Shown here: positions 40,920-57,335 of the stretch, in pieces
Layout: the number at the start of each line of letters is the position of its first letter
Numbering within the stretch: position 1 is the first letter of the stretch
DNA from: Eledone cirrhosa
Taxonomy: Eukaryota
Direction: 5' to 3'
DNA: 64,000 nt
NCBI GenBank assembly: GCA_964016885.1
Contig: OZ024740.1
Location: forward strand, 94,674,001-94,738,000
Notes under the pieces: model-generated
Databases searched by the model: none
What the model saw: only the letters and a program-made list of their open reading frames with translations
Told to the model about the DNA's origin: nothing
Position numbers and translations under genes: made by a program

Positions 40920-41054
<135 letters not shown>

Positions 41055-41211
41055 GAGTAAGATCGACACAGAACGAGAGAAGTTGAGTGAGAGAGAAAGA
41101 GACAGAAGTATGTAGATTAAATGGGTGATATGCGTAAATACAACGGGGAAAATAACAGAGCTGAATAATACAATACAATTAATATATATTACTTTCACCT
41201 TATATATATCC

Positions 41212-41278
<67 letters not shown>

Positions 41279-41377
41279 AGTATTGAAATTTCCGTTGAAA
41301 ACAGAAAAGGTCATAGAAGTGCTCTATGTAAGTACCAGAGCAAAATGTAATGTATACAAATCAATACAATATAATTA

Positions 41378-41447
41378 CCTCATTACCAGAGGTTTTCCGA
41401 ATGAGGCGAATACGAAAGAAACGTCTTCATTCGTTCGTCAGACGAGG
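41378..41447 (-). ncRNA. Type I hammerhead-like motif
   Basis: Reverse strand cctcgt-CTGACGA-ac-gaatga...tcattc-g-GAAA(A)-cc(tct)gg-TA-atgagg; one extra A in core. Confidence 0.6.
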
Positions 41448-41978
41448 CAATATGAAACATGGGTAAATACTTGGAAAGTTTCATCAAGAAAAGCAAAAAA
41501 ATACATATAGACAAATGAATTACAATATGAATTATATAAAAATATTTCAAGAAATATAGTTAGTTGTGTGTATATGTATATACGCTCACAGATGTGCATA
41601 TATGTGTATGCACAAATATATACGTATAGTGAAAAAGTGTGCGTAAATATATATTTTAAGGCAAATGTATCTGTGTGTCTGTAAACTACAGACAGAATAG
41701 ATACATCATAAGAATATGAAGGCACGCGCATAAACACACCTACACACACGTACACCTATATGCGGAAGTAAAAGAGGTAAGGGAGTGTAATAATTAAAGG
41801 AAAGTATCAATCTCGATATATTTATAAAAAATGGAACAATAATTTAGAAAGAAAAAATTAAAGAAAAGGAGACAAACAAGGTACACGCATACACACACAC
41901 ATATCTCACAAAAGAAACACAAAAATATACATGCTTATATACACACGCACACTTACACATCCATACATTCGATACGTG

Positions 41979-42009
<31 letters not shown>

Positions 42010-42440
42010 ACACATACTTACACTCACGCATACGCATAAAAATTAAGAAGTAAAAAAGGGGAGGAAGAAAAAAGAAACCAAAACCAAAAACCTAGATGTT
42101 AAAACACGGATATAAAGACACATAAACATACACATATATATATATATATATATATACACGCTCGCGCGCGCACATACGTAAGTTCTCGTGTACATATATA
42201 GAAAGTATACACACATTAAGGCGTTCAGACACATAGATACAGAGTGCAAACAACTTGTGGATAAGTATTTACATATATAAAATTATAAGATTGGCTGCGC
42301 AAAAATAAAAAAATAAAAATAAAAATAAAAATAAAAATAAAAAAATATCTGAGTGGAATACATATATGTGTATATATATATACACATATATGTACTTATA
42401 CATACATATATATATGTATATACATATATATATATATATA

Positions 42441-43807
42441 ACACATAAGTGCGGTCACCTAGATGGAACCACCCGTAGCAAAAGTACAAGGACACGTAAT
42501 CGCCACCATAACGTCCTATGCCCCCCCCCCTACTCTCGGAGTGTGGCCTCCAACATACCCCGGATGTTCTTCGAAGCCTTAGAGAAGAACTTCCCGCCCA
42601 ACCATAGGTATAGAAACATTCTTAATAGGAACAATATAAAACTATCCTTCTCAACTACCTCTAAACTAGCAGACATCATAGGAACAACGAACCACAGTCA
42701 GATCACCAAGACACAGCACATCGACACAGACGCACCTACACCTGACAATAACTATATCGAGCTTAACAACTCCCTGGCAGCATCTAATAGTGTTGGCAAC
42801 GGCATCCGCAGGTGCAACCAGCATAACCGCGAAATGACTGGGGAACATGCAGGACATGACGTGCGGAATAACAATCGCACCACCCCACGTGATGTGGGTT
42901 GTAATGGTGCTATCGACATGCGGTAGCGTAGGTAACAACGTAGGCAACAACAATGATAGCCTTACCGTGGGAAATAGACGGAACCGCGACAGAAATTGCA
43001 ACTGCCGCGACAGAGGACGCTGCCCCCTTAGAGGATACTGCTTGACTGATAAGGTTATATATAGATGCACTATTACTAGCCACAATAGCGTTAAACATTA
43101 TATAGGGGCTACCTCCGGCCCGTTCAAAATTAGGTTTCGAACACATCTCCACTCTTTCACGAATAGAAAACTAAGGCACTCCACTTCGCTCGCGGACTAC
43201 ATCTGGTCACTAAAGGACTTTAACATCAGCTTCTCCACGCACTGTGAGATTGTCGGCAGGGCTACACCGTACAACTTCAAGAGGAAATGCGATATTTACC
43301 TCATGGAGCTCTACCGCATCATAACTGCACCCCACGAGCTCATCAACAGCAGAGCTGAAACAGCGATAAGTTGGACACGTCGCTTAAAAATATCCATCTT
43401 CAGATGGGTTAAGGATGAGGTGTGAAACGGTACACCGGATCTCCCTGCAACACGTCTTAACACCCCTGCGGGCAGGCGCTGCAAAATAACACCCAGGAAA
43501 CAATCCTTGCAAACCAGACCCAGCCTCAGACAAACAGGTGCGGCAAGAAAAAAAAAATAGTCCGGGATTGACTGCCATAACACCAGCCAGAGTTACCTCC
43601 CTTGACCTGCTGCAAAATCAAAATAAGATATTTTTGCGAGCAATGTACCTTAATGTGGATTTAATCCCCAAAACTCTTTCCGAGCAATATAAGGAACACT
43701 TGTGATTATTTATGCCCTTGAGAAGCCCAACTGGGCGGAACGTACGTAGGTGCTGTTTTAAATGAACATGTTTTAACGGTCTATTCTCCGATGCTTTACT
43801 TTTACAC

Positions 43808-43812
<5 letters not shown>
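42441..43812 (+). mobile_element. 5'-truncated Naiad-like PLE (linker + GIY-YIG + tail)
   Basis: PPPYSRSVASNI..FFEALEKNFPPNHRY..NRNNIKLSFS; CNCRDRGRCPLRGYCL..VIYRC..YIGAT..FKIRF..H; frameshifted; (TA)n both sides. Confidence 0.88.
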
Positions 43813-43890
<78 letters not shown>

Positions 43891-43896
<6 letters not shown>

Positions 43897-44820
43897 ATAC
43901 AATAACAGAGAAAGCTTTAAGCTAAACTCTGAATGGCTACCATCTCACTCAACAAACATTAGAATATACGTTAGTATAATCCCAATTTTGTGTTTGGGGT
44001 GCTAACTATATGTATTTGTGGAAGGCCAGTTGTATTATTTTATATGAGATATAATTAAAATTAAAATATATCTCTCTTTCCAAACAATTGTTTCATTATA
44101 AGTTTTCTACAAGTTGGGAGAATGTTTCCGGTTTATGTAGAAGCGTACATATTTTTCTGTAAGAATACATGCAGGTGGGCACTTATAAATCATCAGTGGA
44201 TGCCCATCTAACTTTGATATCAGAAAACATTTCTTACCGCAGTTATTTTTCGTGTCAGCTAAGTCGTCCCTTCACGCATCATAGTGACCGCCAAAATTGA
44301 AATTCCAGCAGTCTTTAGACTGAGGAATTTCACAGCGTCACCAAGCGGAAAACGGAGGCAATCGCGAAACACAAGAAAGTAAAATAATATACACGTGGGT
44401 TAATTAGTTTTTTTTTAAACAATTTTATTCCTGCGGGTTAAGAACTCAATTAATTTTTAAAAAATAAATGTATGCCTGTATTAATTACACACGCACATAG
44501 ATATTTTCTTAGGCTAAAAACAGAGAAGTGATACCTAAATAACAAACAATATCTCATAACAGTAATAAATACGGAAAGTTACGTTTAAAAGGTATCTGGA
44601 AATATAATTATCTGGCCAAATCAAGAGTAAAATATTTAATACAATAACAGAGAAAGCTTTAAGCTAAACTCTGACTGGCTATCATCTCACTCAACAAACA
44701 TTAGAATATACGTTAGTGTAATCCCAATTTTGTGTTTGGGGTGCTAACTATATGTATTTTATGGAAAGCCAGTTGTATTATTTTGTAGGAGATATAATTA
44801 AAATTAAAATATATATATAT
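43891..44820 (-). mobile_element. Non-coding HHR element, 742-bp unit with ~180-bp terminal redundancy
   Basis: 43891-44071 repeated at 44633-44815; HHR at 44079-44200. Confidence 0.72.
44079..44200 (-). ncRNA. Type I hammerhead ribozyme with long stem II insertion
   Basis: Reverse strand tcca-CTGATGA-t-ttataagt...acttataa-t-GAAA-caattg-TT-tgga. Confidence 0.7.
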
Positions 44821-46203
44821 TGAAGAACCTAGAGTCACCAATATGGCAGGCACGTCTGACGCCATAATGGTGAGAAAACTAATGTATTAATTTCTCGAGT
44901 CCTTCTGGTAACGAGATAGAAGGTATGGTGGTTGCGTCGGTAAAGTTACAAGGCGTTCCCTGGTGTTGGTTAATAGTTAGCCATGTGTTGCTGCTGATGG
45001 CTGGTACTTGGTGGTAGCCGTTTTGAAATTTCCTCGTGGCGTAAAGTTTTTGAAATACTGCTAATTTTGTTTCTAAGAAAATTTGAGTAATAGAAAAAAA
45101 TATTTTCCATGAAAGTTATTCGGCAAGAAAATCCCAAGATGGCCGATCGAAAAATGTCTCCGTGATGAAGAAGCCGTCATGTGGCACGATGCAGCCAATC
45201 AGATGGATGGGATTGAAGAATACAAGGTGTACGCGGGAAAACAACATTTTTGAGTCTCCATTTGTAATTTTACCAGAAGGTTGAAAGCAAAATTCTATAT
45301 CAAAAGAAATGCTTTTTTTTTTTTTTTTAACAAACTATGCTTGCAAGGCAAGTTGTTCTTAGTCGGTGGTCACCGTACTTATTTTATCAACTAATTGAAA
45401 TATACCAAACCACCTCAACCGGATAGAAGACATCGCATAATTTTCAATCCAAAAGAGAAATTTTTTTGTTAGTCGTCGAAAACACTCTTTCTTTTGTGTT
45501 GTATTTTTGTGTTCGTCTGTATGCGTGAGTTACTAGTGTTACCAAGAAAGGTATGACAGAAATATTGTGCAGGCCGAGTGCTTCAACAGATGGAATATTA
45601 TGAATGTTATGGACTTACGCTAAGTGTGTCTAGCTACCCGATTCGAACATTCCACATTTTAAGTCACTCCACATTGCCATTAAAACGAATGGCGAATTCA
45701 AATAGGCTGCGTTTTCATACTTAATCGTCGAGGGTCACCAATTTAGCAGTGAATTATGTTTAGAACTGTTGTAATGTTGTCACGAGGAACCAGGTTTTGT
45801 CTAACGATATGATAGGAATATCGACAACGAATTTAGCTTGTTTTTACATTATTTATTAACAAAGGTTAAGAAGTGAATTAAGCTGGCATGCCAAGAATAA
45901 TGAAATAAGTCAATTAAGATTACAAGAGAAAATACGATCGACTGGCTGAGGCGTTTGGCCAGGTCCGTAGTAAAATTGTTTTGTTGTTACATATTGTTTG
46001 TGCTTACGGAGCAAAAGAACTAGTGGTGTTTACTTTTGCATGGTCAATCTGTCAGAGTTAGATTTCCCAAATCTTCGCGAGCTATATCCCCCTCAGAACG
46101 CGTAGGGATACATTCTCTTCTCCTGGCGCTGATTGGCTGAGCTGAGCCAAATCACGCACAGAGAATGTATGTGAGCCCGCGGAATGTAGGTCGCTACATA
46201 TGT

Positions 46204-46323
<120 letters not shown>

Positions 46324-46364
46324 GTATACATACATACATTCATATATATATGTATGTGTATATA

Positions 46365-48664
<2,300 letters not shown>

Positions 48665-48706
48665 CATACTACTGTACGTTTGTATACATATATGTATGTA
48701 TACATA

Positions 48707-48741
<35 letters not shown>

Positions 48742-48778
48742 TACTGTACGTTTGTATACATATATGTATGTATACATA

Positions 48779-48871
<93 letters not shown>

Positions 48872-48876
<5 letters not shown>

Positions 48877-49772
48877 AAAGTAATCCCATAGTCTAGTTTG
48901 ATAAAACCTTTACAGTATTTCTTCTCCCAGTTAGCATAATTAACCACATAAAAAATCAATTAAACAAGGCTATAAGTTTAAAATGCACCTATGAACAAAC
49001 AATAGATACATAAATGATACCTATTTTATCCGCGATCAACATCCACAGAAGATTTACCTAGTATTTCTAATAGCCCGTACAAATCGATTATATATATAGC
49101 CAACCATACACAATTACGTACAAAATCAAAGTTAGTAGAAAACATTTATATAAACATACCAAAATTATGTCTCTCGTATGGTTGAGAAACAATGTTGGCA
49201 GTTTTCGACTGCGCTTACTTGCAACCAGCCCACTCGCCGCCAGGCCCCAAACACAAACTTTCTGACTTGACCACTAGCCACGTGACAGTTCTTAGCCATT
49301 TTGAATTCGTTTCTGGCGGGTACCATTTAAGAAAAATATTTGTCCAATTGAGATAGTTTTTGTTTCCTGATGATTTCAAAACTCGCGAATTTATCCATGT
49401 TCGGATATTTCCAAAATGCGAATGACACCTCATGGCGTAGAGACATAATTCTGTTATGTGTATATACATTTTTTCTTTTAACTTTTATTTGGTACCTAAT
49501 TCTGTATGTTTGACTATAATTCTGTATGTTTGACTATAATTCTGTATGTTTGACTGTATGTTTGGCTATTAGAAATACTAGGTAAAACTTCTCTTGCTGT
49601 TTCTCGCCGGCCGATGAAATAGCTATCATTTATCTATACATTGTTTCTTCATAGGTGTTTTTTAATCTTAAAGCCTTGTTTAATTGATTTTTTTGTGTGG
49701 TTAATTATGCTGATTGGGAGAGGAAATACTGTATATATTTTATCAAATGCTTCTATGGACTTACTTTTTTAT
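48872..49772. mobile_element. Element with ~200-bp imperfect terminal inverted repeats
   Basis: 48872-49075 is reverse complement of 49564-49772 (e.g. tacctagtatttctaatagcc / ggctattagaaatactaggta); ~20-bp tandem repeat at 49497-49562. Confidence 0.7.
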
Positions 49773-49916
49773 ATATTGCTCTGATTGTTGATGATTTAAT
49801 TAATTAAATCGTCATTGAGAAACACCGTGAATGGTTTCCAAAAACACATATATATATCAATGGCTCCGTCTAGTTTATATATATGTACCCATATATATTT
49901 TATATATATATATTTG

Positions 49917-49964
<48 letters not shown>

Positions 49965-49967
49965 GGA

Positions 49968-50485
49968 AGTATGTATGTATGTATAAGTACATACATACAT
50001 GTATACAGACGTACAGTTGCATGTATATATATACATACATGCACACATATATATATATGCACATATCGGTTTACCGAACATTTATTATAATGCTCGGTTT
50101 GTTTGTTTATGAACAATCAAACAGCCCGAATTACGCCGTAGAGTGTTTAGGCAACCACGTAACCTTTTGTTCAACACTGACACAGGAACGATGTACTAGT
50201 TTTAAGCTTATTAGCTATCGTCAGCATCCTATACCTTCCTGCCAGATTGCTGAACGTTTGAAAGTATATACTTTCCTTATGCATATTAACGGCTGAACAC
50301 CCTAATTTGCATATCGAGTGAGATCAGTCGGCCTGGCACACCTAAAAGATACATAGAATAGAATGAAACGAAATTTCATTGTTCACTCTTAGTAAGGCAC
50401 TTACGTATACATACATACATACTTACATTTAAGTAAGTGCCGTACTAAGAGTGAGAAATGAAAATTCGTATTATTCTATTCCATT
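49968..50485 (-). mobile_element. Family E copy plus short inverted tail
   Basis: HHR at 50188-50230 with GAAA mutated to AAAA; plus-strand tail 50420-50485. Confidence 0.78.
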
Positions 50486-50506
50486 TATATATATATATAT
50501 ATATAC

Positions 50507-50645
<139 letters not shown>

Positions 50646-50683
50646 CATATATATATAAACTTAGATGCATTCATAATGTACAC

Positions 50684-50765
<82 letters not shown>

Positions 50766-50766
50766 A

Positions 50767-50968
50767 AGGGTCGATCGACTTTCGTCAAATCGGACCGAGG
50801 AAACAATGTTTCCATGGGTCTTTCCAGTTGCTAGTACTATCTATCGGTCGCAACTCCAGGTAGAAGGAGCAACGTGAAATAAAGTGTCTTGCTCAAGGAC
50901 ATAACGCATCGCCTGGTCCAGGAATTGAACTCACAACTTTACGATGGCGAATCCAATTCTCTAACCAT
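50767..50968 (-). mobile_element. tRNA-derived SINE (second family)
   Basis: Reverse strand tggttagag..gagttcaattcc (A/B box-like) then gtccttgagcaagacacttt core. Confidence 0.65.
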
Positions 50969-51617
50969 ATGTATTTGAATTAAGATATTTCATTCTAGCT
51001 ATTTTATTGTCAATTACAACAAAAACACGTAAGTGTTTATCACATATTAATTTATACTGCTCAGAAATGATTCTTAGAGCTAAAATAATTGTAAATGACC
51101 CCATTGAGTGTAAACTCTAAGTTATATTATATTACTGCTCCCTCAGTTGAGCTGAATTTGTAATCCCATATAAACGGCTGTTATTTCTAGCACTATGAGT
51201 ATTTAAGGCTAGAGGACTGGAATAATTCGTGTGCAAAACCTCGTGTATTTTCGCTACGTTAACGAGACCAAAGATATTTTTCCGAGGTGAAGTTATTTAA
51301 TTTATCTGGCTACCTATTGATAAACACAGAAAATTAATTATATCACTACTAATTAATTAATTAATTCAATATTATACCATCCTTTGTGAAACATGTTTAA
51401 ATTTTGAAGTTCGGACTGATCTGCGGAAACAGTTTGTATTTTGAAATTTAAACGTGTCTAGGTATCAAGGCCTTTTGCCGATATGTGTTTGTAAGTATTG
51501 ATTTATTATTTTTTAGATCGACACAGGCAGACTATATGTATTTGAATTAAGATATTTCATTCTAGCTATTTTATTATCAATTACAAGAAAAACACGTAAG
51601 TGTACATCATATATTAA

Positions 51618-51662
<45 letters not shown>

Positions 51663-51665
<3 letters not shown>

Positions 51666-52190
51666 GATAAATCTACCAAAAGTTTACGGTTGTGTCCAAT
51701 CCGTATGAAGAACTCAATGTAATCCGGATATCATGAAAAGAAGAGATGCATTCAAAAATCACTTTCGGTGAAAGATAAACGGAAAACAGAGTCAAGATAA
51801 ATTATAAAAAAAATAATGAACAAAGAAACAGTTCCTTATATTAAACAAAAAAAGTTCATTATTTTACGATCGTTTCTAGGACATATATGTGTTAGAATTG
51901 GTATGCATATTCAAAAGATCTATGTACAAAATTATACAAACTATCAGAGAGAATATACATACCTTCACATATATATGCTGTCTTCAGAAATAATGATGAT
52001 CATTATTTCTGAAGACATATATATGTGAAGGTATGTATATTCTCTCTGATAGTTTGTATAATTTTGTACATAGATCTTTTGAGTATGCATACCAATTCTA
52101 ACACATATATGTCCTAGAAACGATTGTAAAATAATGAACTTTTTTTGTTTAATATAAGGAACTGTTTCTTTGTTTATTCATTATTTTTTT

Positions 52191-52197
<7 letters not shown>
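51663..52197. mobile_element. Fold-back insertion with long-stem HHR on both strands
   Basis: Arms ~51803-51996 / 52000-52193; ~140-bp extra left tail; (TA)n flanks. Confidence 0.88.
52000..52137 (+). ncRNA. Type I hammerhead ribozyme with ~100-nt stem II region (mirror 51856-51996)
   Basis: tcattattt-CTGAAGA-catatat...atatatgtccta-GAAA-cgat(t/c)g-TA-aaataatga; 9-bp stem I, palindromic cgatcg in left arm. Confidence 0.7.
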
Positions 52198-52264
<67 letters not shown>

Positions 52265-52267
<3 letters not shown>

Positions 52268-52695
52268 AAAGAATAGAGGTGTAACACACAAGTTATTATA
52301 TATTGGGAAACGGAATAGAAAATGCTGACAAATTGTTCACAGTTGAAAAATGGTTTAATTAGGAATAAAAGAGTATTAGTGATTGTATGGGTTAGTATTC
52401 AGTTGTGGTTTTAAGTTTTTAAGTTTTTGCCGGTTGCGCATTTCTAAATGCTTTTCAAAAATAATTTCGAGATAGAGTGCCCGTGCTGTTTGCTCTGATC
52501 TGAGCAAACAGCACGGACACTCTATCTCAAAATTATTTTTGAAAACATTTAGAAATGCGCAACCGGTAAAAACTTAAAAACTTAAAACCACAACTGAATA
52601 CTAACCCATACAATCACTAATACTCTTTTATTCTTAATTAAACCATTTTTCAACTGTGAACAATTTGTCAGCATTTTCTATTCCGTTTACCAATA
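52265..52695. mobile_element. Fold-back insertion, ~195-bp arms
   Basis: Arms ~52299-52495 / 52502-52695, loop tgatct; same family as 57330-57730. Confidence 0.88.
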
Positions 52696-52714
52696 TATAT
52701 ATATATATATATAT

Positions 52715-53125
52715 GTGAGAATATTGAAGTTTACTTGAAGCATTGTGGAATAATAAGGTAAATTTATTTAAGTCGTTTGGAAGCCTCGACAATGCAGATG
52801 GGTAAATCTCCGGGTAACAAGATGCAGTGGTGGAGAGAGATATGTAAGAGGGTGTACGTTGAGCTGCGTGGCGTGTATAAGATTGTAACGTGTAGAGAGT
52901 GAAGGAAAGAGCGTAAATGATAAAAATAAAAATAACAACACGAGAAAGAGTTACCTTGGGAGAGATTTAATTGTCCCAATATATTTCGGATTCACATCCA
53001 TCCAGTGGGTTTTTTCCGGGGTGGGGGGAGAGGTTGTCTTTCGGAAAGGGTTGAAACGTGTCCTCCGATGTTCGTTGATTTGAATACCTGATGTATTCAG
53101 CAGAGCGCGCGTGCGCGTGAAATGT
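52715..53125 (-). mobile_element. pLTR fragment of a sister of family B
   Basis: cttgaagcattgtg, acaatgcaga, agagatttaat..cccaatat, gcgcgtgcgcgtga shared with 28735-29085; encodes MLQVNFNIL. Confidence 0.7.
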
Positions 53126-53238
53126 GGTCGGTCAGGCAGATGTCACCGGCCGAAGTAGTTCATTCAATATATATAGTGCAAATATAGACGGGAACAAAAC
53201 AGAGAGGCCGAGAAATAAAGGTTTAATAGGTTCACGCT

Positions 53239-53387
<149 letters not shown>

Positions 53388-53388
53388 A

Positions 53389-53529
<141 letters not shown>

Positions 53530-53543
53530 TCTAAATTCTGTCT

Positions 53544-53609
<66 letters not shown>

Positions 53610-53908
53610 TGTGTGTTTCTGGGTTTGTGTGAGAGTGTGTTTTTGTAGAAACCTGACCATTCAGGCAGAGTTACCAATAAATAGCTATCGTTAGCTTAAA
53701 TGAACCTTAAACATCAGAAGTGCCAATAACCTTGTGAGGACCTGTCTACAGACACTTACGTAGAGTTCTGTCTTCCTTTGTTATTGTAAATATAGTATTT
53801 AAAGAATGTTCTTTTTTTTAAATCCATTAAACAATGTACTACACCATTCCAACCACTCTCCTACAACCAGGAAATGTATAAATACCACCTCATAACGTGG
53901 ACAGTTGT

Positions 53909-53955
53909 CTTCCTGATGATTTCTCCGGATTGAAACAGGTCTATTCCTGTAGAAG
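53909..53955 (+). ncRNA. Type I hammerhead ribozyme (family C-related)
   Basis: cttc-CTGATGA-tttctccggatt-GAAA-cagg(tctatt)cctg-TA-gaag. Confidence 0.72.
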
Positions 53956-54364
53956 CTATTTCTATAACAAATATATATACATGTGTGTGTGTGTGGGGGT
54001 GTTTATATGTGTTTGGGTATGTGTGTGTGTGTGTGGGGGGGGGGGTGTCACAACAAACAGTGGTAAACACATTCTTGGTTTCATGCATGCTATTGTAGAG
54101 AGGAAAGAAGGTTCAATGTGTTGAGCTAAAGCCCTTATTCGGGAGTATAAAATAGAGACAGGGTCACAATATAGGAACAGAATAAAGGTCCGAGAGAAGA
54201 CTAAGAAAAAAAAAATCGAAAATGCAGAATGAAAGCAAAACAACCATTAGGTATCGCTGGTATTGAATTGAAGCGTGGGCGGAGTGCGTGTGTATCAGTG
54301 TCGTTATATATGTGAATGTAAGTGTATTTCTAAACGCGGATCCTCAGCTCGTAATGTCCATTAC

Positions 54365-54402
54365 GAGCTGAGGATCCGCTAAGGTGAAACAATTGTTCTA
54401 CG
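54365..54402 (+). ncRNA. Hammerhead-like motif overlapping a 20-bp hairpin
   Basis: cgag-CTGAGGA-t-cc(gctaa)gg-t-GAAA-caattg-TT-ctacg. Confidence 0.55.
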
Positions 54403-54807
54403 TATAGAACGTTAAATAGTCAGAAAACTACATCATGAGGATAGAAAGGTCATTTTCTCGCCAAGGACTATTTCTGCAGAAATAAGGTAATGCTGTGACG
54501 CGTTACGTAATTCGTTAAGAGAAGCTTGATGAGCGACTCCGGATCAGATCAATCGATTGCTCCAATGTAATTTAGGATTTGCAGTAGTAAACTCGACCTT
54601 CAGTGGCACGTAAAAAGGAAGGGTATATGCTATTTCTGCCAATTCACGGAAGCCATGACAGTGTGTATTGAAATCGAAAAATGAAAGAAATGAATACGGG
54701 CCGTGAACCGAATTGATAATTTTAAAAACATATACATATATATTTATATATATATATTCATCGTCGTTGTCCATTTATCTCTGTGAGCGCCGTAGGTTTT
54801 GTCAAAG

Positions 54808-55170
<363 letters not shown>

Positions 55171-55513
55171 AACGAACACATATATATACATATATGTCTT
55201 AAAATCGTAAGGGACGGATCAGATTCGCTAAGGTGAAAAGATAACTAACTATAGACAATACGGTTTGCCAGACTCAATTTAATAATAAATCAAGAAAATA
55301 AATACTAACCGGAATGCTTGTAACTACGTATTACCCAGACAGCTTTGGCAATGCTGTTCCGCGAAATTAATTGTGAAGAGGAATACCAATTCTTGCTCAT
55401 CAGTCGGTGAGGAATTAGTATCCTGGTCACTTCTAAGTATAAATAAAAAAACTGCATAGTAGACGTATATATAATAACGCACATGGTATATGAACTTAGC
55501 GTGTCTCACACAC

Positions 55514-55768
55514 TTACGCCACTAAAAATAGCAGCCAGGTTTACTCGACATTTGAATTAGCTCAACATACTAATGGAGCCGCAAATATCAAAGGTTGATA
55601 TTCAATTAAAATATACGGCTCGCAAAAATATCTTTCCTAGAGCTATTTTATCGTAAGATACTATTTTGAGTTTCTAACTCAATATCTACCTTTGATATAT
55701 TCGGCTCCGTTAATGTGTTGAGCTAATTCAAATGACAAGTAAACCTGGCTGCTATTTTAATGATGTAA
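55514..55768. repeat. Imperfect inverted repeat, ~90-bp arms
   Basis: aaaatagcagccaggtttact..ttgaattagctcaaca / tgttgagctaattcaa..agtaaacctggctgctatttt. Confidence 0.8.
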
Positions 55769-57275
55769 TTAAGCGTATCATTCGGCTTTCTATACGGGTA
55801 GTGCAAGCCATTCGACAAATTGAGGATAACACAGAAGTAGTTTACGACCGAGAGGTTGGCCGCAACATCTATGGAGATGTTGAAGCATTTAAAGAAGGCT
55901 GTGAGATCTTTTCTAAACCGTCACGACCGCAGGGACAACACTTTGTCATGGTCAAAATACCGTCATCGTGGTACAAACCACCGCCCACATTAAGGAATTG
56001 TTTGCCTAATTTTTAATCTGTTATTTTAATAAATATTTGCACTAGGGTCTTATATATTTGATATATAGTTATCCTTATCGAGCCCTCTTTGGATTTTAGT
56101 CTTCACATTTATTATTATTACTATATATATATCAGACTGACACAAATCCATCCGTTACACGTTACACCATGTATCTATATTTATTTAATTAAATATATTA
56201 TTATCTCATTTCATAACATAATAGAATGGTGGGATTTTGTTTTGTTATGTTTTCATTACATTATATATCAAGCGAGAATAATTGAAAAGCATGTAATGAG
56301 CATGATATACTTTGTGTGTTTATTTTAAATTGAGTTGTACGTAATTACGATAAACAATACAATTAATGTATTCAAAATAAATGTAATATGCCTCACCGAT
56401 ATATGAGGAATAATAGTGTTCGCAAAAATTACACGCTATGCATAGCATATTGAAATTGGTATGTTACTAATTTTGTTTTGGATTGTGCTAATGATGACGC
56501 TGACGAGGAGGGGTACGACAATAAGTATGGTGATTAAATTAATGAAAATATATATGCTACTGTTGATGCAGATTTAACAAAAAAAAACATAGTGATCATC
56601 ATAGTGTTTACGTTCCTGCTTATGGCGGTTGTAGTGGTGATGGTGTTTATAGTTTAACCGATGACACAGATAAATATGATGAAGATGATAATGATGATGT
56701 CGGGAATTGAGGTGTGTTTAACGGGTTTATTTTACAGCTGCTGCTACATTTAATAATAATGTCTAATACTTTAATGATGTGAACGATGAGTTGTTGAGAA
56801 AATGTTTCATTGGAATATAATGATGTTTGTGATAATAAAGAGCTTATGAGTTGAAAAGTGGACATACACTGACAGAAGGTATTATAAAGAAAATGAGTAC
56901 GAGAGAAAGAGATTGAGAGAGGAAATGAAGGTGTGTGATAGAGAATGTTTGATAATATCTATTCTGCAATTAAAGATGTATAAGTAAATTGAATAAGTCT
57001 TGTTATGAAAATATTTTTGACGCGGTAAACAATTGGCAATTTAATTAAAATCGATATTTCTCAGTTTGTTTACACTTCATTAAGTCAATAAGTGCAATCA
57101 TGTATTTACTGCACACATTCTCACGAATTTCTTTATTAATCTTCAAACACACGCAAACCCTCTTGCCGGTCACACACACATGCACTTATACATAAGTAGA
57201 TGCTTATGTAAATATATAAACATGTGTTGAGAAAAGTTATATGTGCATATGTGAATTTTGGATGATCGTATACAA

Positions 57276-57329
<54 letters not shown>

Positions 57330-57335
<6 letters not shown>

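Noticed and set aside
44820-46200. Possible DNA-transposon remnant or promoter (CCAAT boxes, aagatggc)
   Set aside because: No TIR pair or transposase motif identified
52535-52572. Hammerhead in arms of the 52265/57330 fold-backs (ttgaaaa..gcaaccggta)
   Set aside because: Both core boxes deviate and stem I is only poly-T/poly-A; too weak to call
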